DNA of 64,000 bases from Pelagomonas calceolata (GCA_918797485.1 CAKKNE010000004.1:2480001-2544000); one strand, 5' to 3'. Positions 20,495 through 30,995 are shown, counted from the stretch's first letter. The notes: generated from the sequence alone by a model not told the origin. Numbers and translations: made by a program.

Positions 20495-21529
20495 CTAGCC
20501 GAAGGGGTTCAGCCGCGCGAAGAGGCCTGTTGGCGGCGCCTCGTCGTGGACGACGTCGGGTTCTATATCGGCTGGATCGACGACGAGCTCGCCGCCGTCC
20601 CAGCCCTGCGCCGCGCAGAACTCGACGAACTTGGGCCGAAGCCACTCGTCGTAGAAGGCCGGATCCTTGGCGATGGCGTCGCGGTGCGGGCACTGCTCGT
20701 GGGCGGAGACGTAGCGGCTCTGGCGCCGCCACAACCATATAAATAGTCCAACCAACCTCTTCATAAAAAAGTCGAGCACCGCCCGCGGCAGCCGCGTCCG
20801 CAGATCGACGCAGACCACGACCTCGCACCGCTGCGCGAACTGGCTTAAAAATTGAACCCGCGCGTAGAAGTCCCGCACCACCATTCTATCCATGCCCCAG
20901 GACCGGTCGCGCGGCGGCACCGCGGCGCCGTTCCACTCCGTCACGTCGTCGTCGAGGCTCCGCCCCTCGAAAAATAATGAAGCGCCCGACAGCGCGTGGT
21001 TGCACGCCGCGACGCGGAAGACGCAGTCGCGGCTCAGCACGCCTCTTACCCCAATCGTGAAATGGGCCAATAGGCGAGCGAAGTCCTGGGCCTTGACGAC
21101 GCAGCTCTGCCGCAGAAACGGGATCCACTCGCCGAACAGCTGGATCTCCCGCAGCACGGCCACCGTGTGGAACAGGTCCACGTCCTCCATATTTCCCGCG
21201 GTTCTGAGCCACAACAAGCCGTCTTCGTCATATCTGAAAGCCGTCTCCACCCCAAACCGCTCCGTCCGGCCCTGCCACTGATGATTGTCGTCGTCCGGGT
21301 CCTCGAACGCGGCGCGCGCGCTCCGAAACCGCCCGCCGTGGTGCCGCACTTCGGCCGCGAGCGCCTCATCATCAATTTCATCGGCGCTTAGCGCGTCAAG
21401 CGCGTCGAGCGCGTCCAGCCAGCGCGCGTCGGCGGCGTGCTTGCGGATGGCGTCCATCGATGCCGACGCATTACTGCCCTGCGCCGCTGCTGCGGGCGCG
21501 GCTGCTGCAGGGGGTATCAATGCCGCCAT
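20495..21529 (-). CDS. START/SRPBCC-like lipid-binding domain protein
   Basis: VAVLREIQLFGEWIPF..SRDCVF..VCVDLRTRLPRAVLDF pattern is typical of START-like folds. Confidence 0.65.
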   Translation of the reverse strand: MAALIPPAAAAPAAAAQGSNASASMDAIRKHAADARWLDALDALDALSADEIDDEALAAEVRHHGGRFRSARAAFEDPDDDNHQWQGRTERFGVETAFRYDEDGLLWLRTAGNMEDVDLFHTVAVLREIQLFGEWIPFLRQSCVVKAQDFARLLAHFTIGVRGVLSRDCVFRVAACNHALSGASLFFEGRSLDDDVTEWNGAAVPPRDRSWGMDRMVVRDFYARVQFLSQFAQRCEVVVCVDLRTRLPRAVLDFFMKRLVGLFIWLWRRQSRYVSAHEQCPHRDAIAKDPAFYDEWLRPKFVEFCAAQGWDGGELVVDPADIEPDVVHDEAPPTGLFARLNPFG

Positions 21530-21834
21530 CTGGCCGGTCACACGCCGACCGGTGAGACTGGGCGGAGAGTTGAGCGCGACGGTGAGCTAACGTAGTAACA
21601 TACTAAGAGAGTTCGACGCGACCGCGTCCGCGTGGATAAATTGCCTGTGTGCAATCTCTGCGTGTCACAGTCTACGAATCGCGCGCATAACTACCGCTGC
21701 GCTGCGCGCTGTCAGCTGTTCGCAAGCTCGAGCCATCCCTACGCCTGACCCTTTGGCGCCCAGTCTCCACAGTTGCCGCCGCGGCTGCGCGACCGCGAAC
21801 GTAACCACTCGTAGCGACCGCGCTCGACCACACG

Positions 21835-22272
21835 ATGAACGACAACGCCAAGATCGGCACGGCCCTGCTGGGCCTGGGCTGTCTGTTTATCGTCCTCGGC
21901 GTCGTCTTCTTCTTCGACAGGATGTTTTTGAGTTTAGGAAATGTCATGTTTTTGGGCGGACTATTGTTGACGATGGGCGTGTCCCGTAGTCAACGCTTCT
22001 TCGTGAAGAAGGCCAAGGATTCGGGTTTCCGGGGCGTCGGCTGCTTCTTCGGAGGTGTTATTCTAGTGGTCTTCTTCAAGCGGCCGCTGCTGGGCATGTG
22101 CTTGGAGGGCTTTGGGTTCGTGAATTTATTTGCGAACTTCTTTCCGATCGCGCTGAGCGCGATGCGGTCGATGCCAGTATTGGGGGACGTGCTCGCGATG
22201 CCCGGTGTTTCTGCCATTGCGGACAAATTAGCAGGGGTCGAGCCGCGGCGGGCGCAGAGGTCTTGGGCCTAA
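21835..22272 (+). CDS. GOT1: Got1 family vesicle transport protein
   Basis: MNDNAKIG..LG..F..LGV..FFDR..L.LGNVMF..G...FGF.NLF..FFP motif set. Confidence 0.9.
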   Translation: MNDNAKIGTALLGLGCLFIVLGVVFFFDRMFLSLGNVMFLGGLLLTMGVSRSQRFFVKKAKDSGFRGVGCFFGGVILVVFFKRPLLGMCLEGFGFVNLFANFFPIALSAMRSMPVLGDVLAMPGVSAIADKLAGVEPRRAQRSWA

Positions 22273-22643
22273 GGTCATGTTATATAATCTGTCGCCTTCC
22301 TTTGCTTAGAGCTAGGCCACTTTTCAAGTTGGCCCAGCCCGGGGCGGCGGGGCCTTTGCTATTTCAGCCTGCCAGTCAGTCACTTGCAGTGGCAGACGCA
22401 GTGTCCGTGTGTATAGCTTCGCGCGGATCGCCGGAGGGAGTGCCGGAGGGACCGCCGGTGGGTCGCGCAGATGCCCAGGCACGCCGTCGCGGCGTCGCCG
22501 CGACACGTATCTAGACTAGTGGACAACAGCTGTTATAATACTTTGTCGAGTGCGTTTTCGAACTGCGAGAGAAAGTTGGTGCGCCGTAGGGGCGCGGGGC
22601 GCGACGGGCGTCTAGGACCCCGTCCGCGCGGGCATTTGCGGCC

Positions 22644-23444
22644 TCAGAACTGGCGCGGCGGGCCGAAGTCTGAGGGCGGCGGCGGCCGCGGCTCGCACTT
22701 GGCGCACCGCGCGTAGTCGGCGAGCTTGCCGTGGTTCCGGTAGTCGGCGACCATCTCCTCGTTCCGGTGCCTGTGCGCAAATCAACCCGTGAGTCAGTGT
22801 GGTCGACGATTTGATTCATACACTGTCAAGCACGCGTCGGGGTACGCGTCGCGCACGGCCTTGATTGCAGCAGGGTGGGCCTCGTAGAGCAACGCCAACG
22901 ACAGAGGCAGCCTCCCGAGAAAGCCGCGCATCGCGCACGCCAGAGGATGCGTCTTCACGAGTAATTGCACGACGGCCGGGTGCGCGCTCCGGATCAGCGC
23001 GAAATGTAAAGGAGCGTTCCCGTCCCGGTCCTGGACGCCGCAGGCCTCGGGATATCTATCCACCAGTAATTTGGCCACTCTAGGATCGCACTGGTGGCAA
23101 CAGGCATAGTGTAAAGGCGTCTGGCCGTTGGCCAGGTGTCTCGCGGCCCCGGGGTTCGCTTCCAGCAGCATCTCAATGACGTCGGGTGCCGCGCCGCACG
23201 AACATGCCCCGTGGAGGGGCAAATTCCCGTCGCCGTCTTCTACCGAGGCGGCGCCGGGGTAGGCGCGCAATAACGCCCGTACCAATTCGATAGGTGCGCC
23301 GTTGCAACAAGTAAAATGGAGGGGCGTGTTGCCCGTCTTCTCATCAGTGTCTTTGCAGCACACCGGGTCGCGGGCGACCGCGTCCAATACATCTTTGGGC
23401 CGCACGGGGCCGCCGCGCGTGAACATGTCGATGAGGACGCCCAT
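22644..23444 (-). CDS. Ankyrin-repeat protein, two exons (23444-22834, 22770-22644)
   Basis: GNTPLH, GNLPLH, GQTPLH and GNAPLH repeats. Removing 22833-22771 gives ..YPDA-HRNEEMVADYRNHGKLADYARCAKC..RQF*. Confidence 0.8.
22771..22833 (-). mobile_element. Introner-derived intron, 63 bp (degenerate)
   Basis: On the minus strand: GTGCTTGA + CAGTGTATGAATCAA ... GGTTGATTTGCGCACAG. Both ends resemble the family TIR; an in-frame stop lies inside. Confidence 0.7.
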
Positions 23445-23984
23445 TTTGCTGCTGTTGGTGCGGAGAAATGCTTTCCCGCGCCCCTTCAATAGGCTGTTTG
23501 GTCAGCCGGAATTCTTGAAGGGAGTGCTGTTTTTATTGTTGTGCGACGAGCGGCGGACTTTTGAGTCCCTGGCAGCGATCAGGGTATGTACAGGATGCTG
23601 CGGCAGAACTGACTGGGTCCGCGGCGCCGTCTGCGGTCGATACGCAGATCAAAGACAAAGTTAGCGGAGGACGCCGCTGGTTCACGTGCGGGGTCACGCG
23701 AAAAAACAGCCAAGCCAAAAATCCTCGCCCCAGTGGTCCAAAACCGTCGTCTCTGCAACCAAGGCGCTGCTTTTCTTGCCCTCGCGAACTTGCACTCCGC
23801 CTTAACTAGGGCAGCATCGTTAAGCCGACACCATTTGCATAATTTGGCTGCCCATTGACGGCCATCTGTGCACTGTGGGAAGCAAAAACATAAGCCTTGA
23901 CCGCGGTACCAACCGCACTCCCGCCGACGCGAAAAAGGCAGCCAAAACACACCACACACTAAGCACCACAAAAGGCAGCAAACC

Positions 23985-24737
23985 ATGATGCGCCCCCCGA
24001 CCGCCCGCAAGCCCCTGAAAGCACGCCAGCCGCCGCGAGGGCGCAAGCCCGCGACGACGAAGGCGCTGCAGGAGTCGCAAACCACAAAAGATGTCCGCGC
24101 GCTCATCGACCGCGTCCGCGCCGCGCACGGCGTCAGGGCCCCGCCGGCCGAGAAGCGCGGCGGCCGCCCGGCGGGCGCACCCAACGCGCGAAAGCGGCCG
24201 CCGAGCCCGCCGCCGCCGCCGCCCAAGCCCCAGCAACCACCGCCGCCCGCGCCGAGCGCCGCGGACTTGGACGCGCGCGAGCGCGAGATCGCGGCCGAGC
24301 ACGAGGCTCTCGAAAGGCAGATGGCTCAAGTCAGACGGCAGCGCGCGGCGCTCACTTTACAAAGACGCGAGCGCGAGCTGCGCGACGAGGCGGCGGCGAC
24401 GCTTTCGAGAAGGCGGGCGCAGCTCGACGCGAGGGTCGAGCGCGACGTCGAAAACTTGCGGCGGGACCTCGCGGACCGCGAGGCGGCGCTGGGGAGGCGG
24501 CGCGCCGACATCAAGCGCGAGATGGACGCGTTGGTGCTCAAATACGAGGCCTGCGCGACGGAGGCGTGCGGCGCGCGCGAGGCCTTCCAAAGGGCGGCGG
24601 AGAGCGCGCGCGCCGCGGCCGCCGAGGAGGCGTCCCAGTACCAGCGCCAGGCCGACGACGCGATCCGCGCGCGGCTCGAGCGCGAGGCGAAGCAGCTCGG
24701 CTTCAAGATGTCCGCAAGTCCACGTCCGCGGGACTAA
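23985..24737 (+). CDS. Coiled-coil protein of unknown function
   Basis: Basic Pro-rich N-terminus and a long E/R/A heptad region; GC3-rich codons. Confidence 0.7.
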   Translation: MMRPPTARKPLKARQPPRGRKPATTKALQESQTTKDVRALIDRVRAAHGVRAPPAEKRGGRPAGAPNARKRPPSPPPPPPKPQQPPPPAPSAADLDAREREIAAEHEALERQMAQVRRQRAALTLQRRERELRDEAAATLSRRRAQLDARVERDVENLRRDLADREAALGRRRADIKREMDALVLKYEACATEACGAREAFQRAAESARAAAAEEASQYQRQADDAIRARLEREAKQLGFKMSASPRPRD

Positions 24738-24808
24738 TATGTGTGCGGAATGATAACTGGGGGGTCCCGGGGGGCCCTCGTCGATGGCGTTAACTCGTCA
24801 CTGCCGTC

Positions 24809-24829
24809 CTAGTGTGTCCATACGCTAGC
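24809..24829 (+). promoter_or_regulatory. CTAG-bracketed element, type B
   Basis: CTAGTGTGTCCATACGCTAGC, directly before the lower-GC island. Confidence 0.55.
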
Positions 24830-25086
24830 TCACCAGGTCTTGCGGCTCGCCAATTTACACCAGCGATTGACGCCGCCATCTACCGTCCAAATAGTACATC
24901 ATATCAACTCCAGCCCAGTTTTCATGCACACTCGACGGAACCGGAGCCGACGGCCCGCGCTCGGAGGGCGGGAGAAGAATTCTACTAGACAACTCTCGCG
25001 TTTATGTTCGTTTTTATCCGTTTGTTAGTGGTAGAGTCCATCTAGCCCGGATCAGCAGGTACTGAGCTATTTTAGATGACCCGTTA

Positions 25087-25597
25087 GAGCCGCGCGAAAC
25101 GTCGACTTTGGGCCCCTACGTTTAGATGAATAAAGGCACGAATCCTGAAGCTGCGAGTATCAGCGACGACACTATCCAGATGGACCATAACGCCGTTGTT
25201 CTATTCACAATCGACCGACTTGCCCGTTCTCCGCGGACGATGGTGCGTACGCGGGGCACTGAATTGGCCCCAGACCGGTGGATTATAAAATAAATTTGTG
25301 TTTCAGGCGCTTCGGTTGTGGGACGGGCCAGATAACCGGCATGGACGTGTATCAAATTGCTCAAGGCCCCACGATGCTCCGCGCGGCTCGGCCATCCCAC
25401 GAGCCCATTATCTGGCTAATTGGGGCGAGTTACTTGAACCTGCGGTCATCAGCCCGTGTACCATTACCATGGACCATGACGCGATCATTTGTTCCATGAC
25501 CGACCGACTTGTGCGAGGTCCAGATCAAGATGTTCACGTCCCGAGCGTGGGCAGCCAAAAGTACCCTTCTTATAATGTAGATGTCATATACTTGTAG
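25087..25597 (+). repeat. Degenerate 289-bp-period tandem repeat with codon-level conservation (possible pseudogene)
   Basis: From 25147: EAASISDDTIQMDHNAVVLFTIDRLARSP. From 25436: EPAVISPCTITMDHDAIICSMTDRLVRGP. 15/29 identical without gaps, 5 of them via synonymous codons. Confidence 0.6.
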
Positions 25598-26216
25598 TTG
25601 ACTATCGCTGGGGTAGTATGGGGTCCAGCGAGACCGCTACGGCGACTACTGGGGAGCCTCTGGTAATTGACGTTTTTGACGGGAATGAGGCGCCATCGGG
25701 ACCAAATTACACACTTTTTTCGGATGCAGATCGGCCCGTGGAGGTCTCTCGAGGTAGGTCTAGTGGTGGGTAGTCACCTGTGCCGCATACGCCGTCGATG
25801 CGGCAGTCTAGAGCTCCCCGAGAGCTCTGGAACCAACTAGCCAAGCTATTCATGGTTTAATGAGCTCCAATGGAGAGAGAATTGGTCGATTATGCCCCGA
25901 GCCCGGGCGCATGCGGTGTAGGCGCTTGCGCACGTCTAATACCATCCCTCAGCGGCCCCAGGGAGACCTCCGGACCACGAATCGACAGGATTCCATCGAC
26001 GCGGCCGCCGTGGCGGGACCGTCAATATCGCGAATTAAAAAAATTATTTTTTTCGGCCCCCAGTAAGTGTCCCATTGTTCTCTTTGGACCAGTATCGAAC
26101 CGAACGATACTCAAACAGCTGCATGTCACGTTTGAATCGGCCACCGCCAGACGTCCATCGAGGGAGCCACTGGTGCGCCGCGAACAAAACTCCGGGGCGA
26201 CGGACAAACAAAACAC

Positions 26217-28112
26217 TTACTCGAGGTCCTCCGCGAGCCCCCACCCCTCCGGCAGCGCGCCGCTCTCCGCCGCGGCGGCGAGGACCTTCGCGGCGCGCTT
26301 CGCCGGCACCTCGACAAACGCGGCTGAGCCCTCGTCGACGACGCGGACGCGGCCGAGCTTGCCCGAGCCCAGCGCCTTCAATGCTTTCACGACAGCACCT
26401 GGCGCTAACCCTCCAGACGACGCCGTCACTCTTAAAGTGCGGTCGCTCGCCTTGCCCGTTTCTCGTGAGCGGCGGCCTTGTACTTTGACATTTGCCAAAG
26501 CCGCCAGCGCCGCCGCCAACAACCGCTTCGCCTCATTATCAGAGAGGGCCGGCAAGTCGCCGAGGACCGCCGCCACAGTATCATCGTCTACTCGGTCGCA
26601 GGCGCCAAGAGCGCGCCGGATGGCCGCCTCCCGCACCTTTGACGGAGCCGGCGGCGGCTTCGACGGCCACAAATCGGGATAGTCTTCGGACAGCGCCTCA
26701 ACCATTGGAGCCTCGCCGGCCGTCGCGTCGAACGCGACGATGGAGGAGGCGCCCGCCTCGCCGCCGCGCGCCGCTCTTCCAAAACGGTGCGCGTAGAGAT
26801 CCGGATCTAAAACGCCCCGCCGACCCGCTTTCAAAGGCGCTCCCAGCTGCAGACACAAACCCACGTCCTCGATGTCCAAGCCTCGCGCAGCAACATCGGT
26901 CGCAACGAGAATGATTGATCTATCTTCACTCTGACGGGCTTCGCGGAAGACGCGCCTTCTCGCGGCCGCATCCAAATCACCGTGCAGTTCCAATATGATG
27001 GACGTCTGCGCGGGTAAAGATCTTCTCAGAATATCCGCTGTACTTTTACACGTCGCTATAGATCGACAGAAGACCACCGCATTACTTGAGCACCCCTGTA
27101 TTAGTTCGGACGCGACCTGGGGCCACTCGGCTTCTGGGGCTGCGATACTTTCGTGCTCCACAATTCTCCTCGACTGATTGATATCTACATCACCCGCATC
27201 GACGATCTCCATGGCGCCCCGCGCGAACTTCCTTACCTTGTTTGTGATGGTCGCCGACACCAATGCTAGCTGGTAGTCGTGGTCCATGCCGTCCAAAAAA
27301 CGCTTGACTTCCGGGACGTCCTCCTCATTGAGTAAAGCATCAGCTTCATCTAGCACAAAGGTCTCGAGGTTGTCGAACGATAATACGATTTCCTGGTCCA
27401 CGAACCGGCCGCGGCCCTGCCTTATGAGCTCCGCCAATCTCCCAGGCGTCGCTACAACAACATCCGCGCCACCACCTCTACGTAATGAAGAGATGCACCT
27501 ATGTAAAGGTACGCCGCCGATGGTCAACGCGCACTTCATGGCTGACGTGCCCTTGACCAATTCATCCCACTCCTTGGCGATTTGCGAGGATAACTCTCGA
27601 GACGGCGCCATGATCACTACTCGAGGTGAGGCGGGACCCCGTTTCGTGGGCATCTCGCGGGGCTTCTCCAGTAACCGCTGCGCGAGGGGTATCATATACG
27701 CGAGGGTCTTGCCCGTCGCCGTCGGCGAGCTGACGATCGCGTCGAGGCCGTTGACCAGAGGGCCCCAAGCTCTATCCTGGGCTGGCAGCGGCGTGTTTAT
27801 GTTGTGCGCCGCGAGATTATCGAGGACGGTCTCCGGCAGGCCCTCCCAGCAGGTCGCGGCGGCGGCTTTTTTTGTTTTTTCTTCGAGCTCGGCCTGGTAC
27901 CTTGCTTCCTCTTCAGCCTCAGCAGCCTCGTCGAGCTCAGCGGTTAGATCCTCTTCGATGCTATTACGCGCCTCCTCTACATCCTCGGCGGTGGCGTCGA
28001 GCTCGGCAATTAAATCATCTTCGATGCTCCTTTGACGCACGCATGTTCTACGGCTTGTGGGCGCGAGGAAGGCGTGCGCGCTGGCTGCCAGGAGCAGCCA
28101 GAGCACCCGCAT
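26217..28112 (-). CDS. DEAD-box RNA helicase, predicted plastid-targeted, C-terminal DbpA/GUCT-like domain
   Basis: SPTATGKT, PSREL, TPGR, DEAD, SAT, ATDVAARGLD and HRFGRAAR motifs; presequence MRVLWLLLAASAHA-FLAP. Confidence 0.92.
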   Translation of the reverse strand: MRVLWLLLAASAHAFLAPTSRRTCVRQRSIEDDLIAELDATAEDVEEARNSIEEDLTAELDEAAEAEEEARYQAELEEKTKKAAAATCWEGLPETVLDNLAAHNINTPLPAQDRAWGPLVNGLDAIVSSPTATGKTLAYMIPLAQRLLEKPREMPTKRGPASPRVVIMAPSRELSSQIAKEWDELVKGTSAMKCALTIGGVPLHRCISSLRRGGGADVVVATPGRLAELIRQGRGRFVDQEIVLSFDNLETFVLDEADALLNEEDVPEVKRFLDGMDHDYQLALVSATITNKVRKFARGAMEIVDAGDVDINQSRRIVEHESIAAPEAEWPQVASELIQGCSSNAVVFCRSIATCKSTADILRRSLPAQTSIILELHGDLDAAARRRVFREARQSEDRSIILVATDVAARGLDIEDVGLCLQLGAPLKAGRRGVLDPDLYAHRFGRAARGGEAGASSIVAFDATAGEAPMVEALSEDYPDLWPSKPPPAPSKVREAAIRRALGACDRVDDDTVAAVLGDLPALSDNEAKRLLAAALAALANVKVQGRRSRETGKASDRTLRVTASSGGLAPGAVVKALKALGSGKLGRVRVVDEGSAAFVEVPAKRAAKVLAAAAESGALPEGWGLAEDLE

Positions 28113-28218
28113 GGCGGTGCACTTGTCCGGCACCTGCAGCGCACTGTCACTGCGGCCTAATGCTTACGTTTGCAAGCCGAGGTCCGCTGGGGACGCCGCG
28201 AGCTGTGCTTCGCCGCGT

Positions 28219-28246
28219 GCTTGCTAGTGTCTTACAGGCCGCTAGC
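28219..28246 (+). promoter_or_regulatory. CTAG-bracketed element, type A (28-bp exact copy)
   Basis: GCTTGCTAGTGTCTTACAGGCCGCTAGC, identical to 63587-63614 and to the reverse complement of 61869-61896. Confidence 0.75.
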
Positions 28247-28257
28247 CCGCCGCGTTA

Positions 28258-28279
28258 GCTAGCGTCATCGACACACTAG
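28258..28279 (-). promoter_or_regulatory. CTAG-bracketed element, type B
   Basis: Reverse complement CTAGTGTGTCGATGACGCTAGC, 11 bp from the type A copy in a divergent promoter region. Confidence 0.65.
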
Positions 28280-28492
28280 GAAGCAAAAAAACGTGCTTTG
28301 CGGGGTTGGTGGCTTTTTACCGCCCGCTTGAATCAACAGGAGCCAAATTCTTCGTTAAGCTGCCGCTGTGATCACACTCTCGTCGATCTGCGGCATTGAT
28401 AGGCGCAGTTAGCGCGCACGAGGATCTACGCGACCAGCGCGCCGGGCAGCGCGAAACCAATAGCCACAAAACAAGCGGCCCGCCGCTACTAA

Positions 28493-28861
28493 ATGCAGCG
28501 GGGCCGCGGCGCGGGCATGTCCTACCGCGGGAATGGCCAGACGGCGCGCGACAAGGCCAACGCGAGCGACGTCGAGCTCGGATTAAGGGAGAACAGCGCC
28601 CACTTGGATGCGTTGAGTGACAAGGTCTCGCTGCTCAAGGGCCTGACGCAGGAGATCGAGGGCGAGGTCGCCGGCCAGAACCGGTTTCTAGATACCATGG
28701 GCGGAGGCCTCGGGAACGCGGGCTCGGCGCTGGACTCGACGATGGCAGCATTGGAGCGCATGAGCTCCCAGGGCGGCGCGCGGTTTGGGTTGTGCGTCGC
28801 GGGCGCCGTCGTCGTCTTCTTCTTCTGCCTGCGCTACGCGGTGCTGACGGCGCGGGGGTAA
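28493..28861 (+). CDS. Qc-SNARE, BET1/BET1L-like
   Basis: EN..LDALSDKVSLLKGLTQEIEGEVAGQNRFLDTM SNARE helix and C-terminal TM segment. Confidence 0.85.
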   Translation: MQRGRGAGMSYRGNGQTARDKANASDVELGLRENSAHLDALSDKVSLLKGLTQEIEGEVAGQNRFLDTMGGGLGNAGSALDSTMAALERMSSQGGARFGLCVAGAVVVFFFCLRYAVLTARG

Positions 28862-28958
28862 GGGATTGGTGTTGAACTCTGTGTCTGCGGTGGGTCCGGG
28901 GAGCGGCTCCGGGCGAGCCTTCGCTGCGCCGGCAGCCAACGCGTGCGTGGCTGTCATC

Positions 28959-28983
28959 GCTAGTGTCTCTATGCTACGCTAAG
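28959..28983 (+). promoter_or_regulatory. CTAG-bracketed element, degenerate
   Basis: GCTAGTGTCTCTATGCTACGCTAAG. Confidence 0.45.
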
Positions 28984-29167
28984 GGCCTAATTTTTCGATT
29001 TTTGACATTTGACAACTAGTGCAAACTGCTGGGTAGCCTGTGGGTGCACAAGACGCGCCATCAATACGGCAACTGGTGCAGCGTGCTGCGTTTTGCATCT
29101 TTGCGGCAGTAAAGAGCAGCTATCTCCACAGCTTTGGCTGCCTCAAAACGCCGACGCAGCGCAACCT

Positions 29168-30271
29168 ATGCAACCCGCGCGCATGCGGTCGCCGCGGAAC
29201 ACGGAGGAGGAGGAGGTCTTCCTCGAAAAAGCCGCCGCCGGGCCCAAGGACCACGTGATGCTCGCGCCCACGAAAGCAGCCGAGCTGATAAAGGGAGCGC
29301 TCTTCTTCGTGGTCTTCTTCGCGGCGAGCTGCGGCTTCACCGCCTCCCAGGAACTCATCGTGTCGACGCCGGGCTTTAAACCCTTGCATAGAGGGTTCCT
29401 GACGCTGTGTCACTCGGCGTCCTACTGCTGTTTTGCGGGCTTGGAGCTGTTCCGGGACGGCTGGTCGCCCGCAAAACGCACGACGCCATTGCGAGATTAC
29501 GCCATCGTGGCCGTCTTTTGCTTCCTGAGCGTTTTCCTGGCGAATGCCTCGCTGGGATACATCCAGTACAGTACGCGTGTTATGGTGAAATGTCTGAAAC
29601 CCTTGCCGACGATGGCGCTGTCCAGGATCATGTTAGGAAGAGAGCGCGCCGCTTATGGGGTCTGGGAATATGTGGGAGCGCTGGTGCTTGGATTAGGCTT
29701 GGCCACGGCGACGCTCGACGGGGCCGATTTTGCTGGAGGCGAAGCATCACCCAGATTGGTGCTCGGGGCTTCTCTTGCTGGATTGGCCATCCTCGCCGAC
29801 TCGTTTGTCTCAACTTTCGAGCAGTGCACTATATTTGCAAGGGAAACGCGGCCGCCTCCAGCTGAATTAGTATTGTACACGTACGCGATGGCCGCGTTCC
29901 AATCCTTCCTGGTCTTCGTGTCGAGTGACGAGCCGCAGCACGCCTATACGTTCTTCTCGGCGAATCCTACTTTATTAGCAAAAATGTTTTGTTCCGAAAT
30001 TTTTGGCTATGCCTCCATCAGCATGGTCGTGCGGCTCGTCGCGCACTACGGGGCCACCAATGCCGAAGTCGCGAAGACCGCTAGGAAGGGCGTCGTGCTG
30101 TTCTTTTCGCTGGTCGTCATCGAGGGCAAGGCGATCAAAGGCGCCCAGGTCCGGGGCGCGCTCGTGTTCCTGGCGGGCACGGCGGTTTTTGTGGAGGCGA
30201 AGCGGCGGCGGAAGGCGCGGTCGTCGCGGCCACGGCTCTACCAGCAGGTGTCTACCGAGGGGCTTGTGTAA
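29168..30271 (+). CDS. UAA/SLC35B family nucleotide-sugar or PAPS transporter
   Basis: LANASLGYIQYSTRVMVKCLKPLPTM..YGA..A....TARK; about 8-10 TM helices. Confidence 0.85.
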   Translation: MQPARMRSPRNTEEEEVFLEKAAAGPKDHVMLAPTKAAELIKGALFFVVFFAASCGFTASQELIVSTPGFKPLHRGFLTLCHSASYCCFAGLELFRDGWSPAKRTTPLRDYAIVAVFCFLSVFLANASLGYIQYSTRVMVKCLKPLPTMALSRIMLGRERAAYGVWEYVGALVLGLGLATATLDGADFAGGEASPRLVLGASLAGLAILADSFVSTFEQCTIFARETRPPPAELVLYTYAMAAFQSFLVFVSSDEPQHAYTFFSANPTLLAKMFCSEIFGYASISMVVRLVAHYGATNAEVAKTARKGVVLFFSLVVIEGKAIKGAQVRGALVFLAGTAVFVEAKRRRKARSSRPRLYQQVSTEGLV

Positions 30272-30311
30272 TTTTCTCGTCGTTTACTCCTGGTCTGCGC
30301 GATATCCGAGA

Positions 30312-30335
30312 GCTAGTATGTCTATACGACGCTAG
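30312..30335 (+). promoter_or_regulatory. CTAG-bracketed element, degenerate
   Basis: GCTAGTATGTCTATACGACGCTAG. Confidence 0.5.
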
Positions 30336-30513
30336 TCGACGCTGCAGTTGACAAGAACGCTTTCCCGCTGTGGGCCTGGTTTTTTTTTGTACCGATTCTG
30401 GGTGCATCGTCATATTAATCAATCTGAACTGCACCGCCGGTGCTTTGAGCATCAATTCCCTGCCACACACTGAGATGACATTTTGCTGCCACTGACTGTC
30501 CGACGCTGATGAC

Positions 30514-30984
30514 ATGTTTTGTGCAGACTGGGCACTGATGTTTGGCTTCTGCGGCGCATCACTGCGCCAACTACGCGCTGCTGGGTTCTCCGACGACGCA
30601 TTGCTGCGGTCGCCGGCACCAGCCGTTCTCGGCGCCGTGAGCGGCACGTTCGCAGCACTGGTTCTCTATCCTCTGGACTTCGTGAGGCAGACGGCGACGG
30701 CGGCGACGGGCACAGCCGGCCGACCCGTGTTCGCGTGGAGTTCCATACCCTTCGGCGCGTGCGCGTTCGGGCTCTTCCTGCGGCCCGGCGGCGCCGACGC
30801 GCCTTTGAGTGACCGCGCGGCCCGCGCGCTGGGCGCCTCGGCCGTTGCGCTCGCCGCCGAACTTCCGCTCGACCGCGCGAAGATCGCGCTCGCAGGAGGC
30901 CTGAGGAATGCGGCCCTCGTGACGACGTTCCGCTGGCCCCTGAGCGCCGCGCTCCTGCTCGCGTTCGAGACTGTTGTGAGATAA
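30514..30984 (+). CDS. Short mitochondrial carrier (SLC25)-like protein or fragment
   Basis: Two Px[DE]xx[KR] signatures (YPLDFVR, LPLDRAK) after GA..G-type helices; only 156 aa. Confidence 0.55.
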   Translation: MFCADWALMFGFCGASLRQLRAAGFSDDALLRSPAPAVLGAVSGTFAALVLYPLDFVRQTATAATGTAGRPVFAWSSIPFGACAFGLFLRPGGADAPLSDRAARALGASAVALAAELPLDRAKIALAGGLRNAALVTTFRWPLSAALLLAFETVVR

Positions 30985-30995
30985 AATGTACATAG

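Noticed and set aside
21584..21607. GAGCTAACGTAGTAACATACTAAG as another CTAG element
   Set aside because: Correct position (divergent promoter), but both CTAG cores are mutated, so it was not counted.
25782..25840. Hairpins followed by CTAG as a Helitron 3' end
   Set aside because: CTAG is not followed by T, and no 5' TC end or Rep/helicase remnant was recognised.
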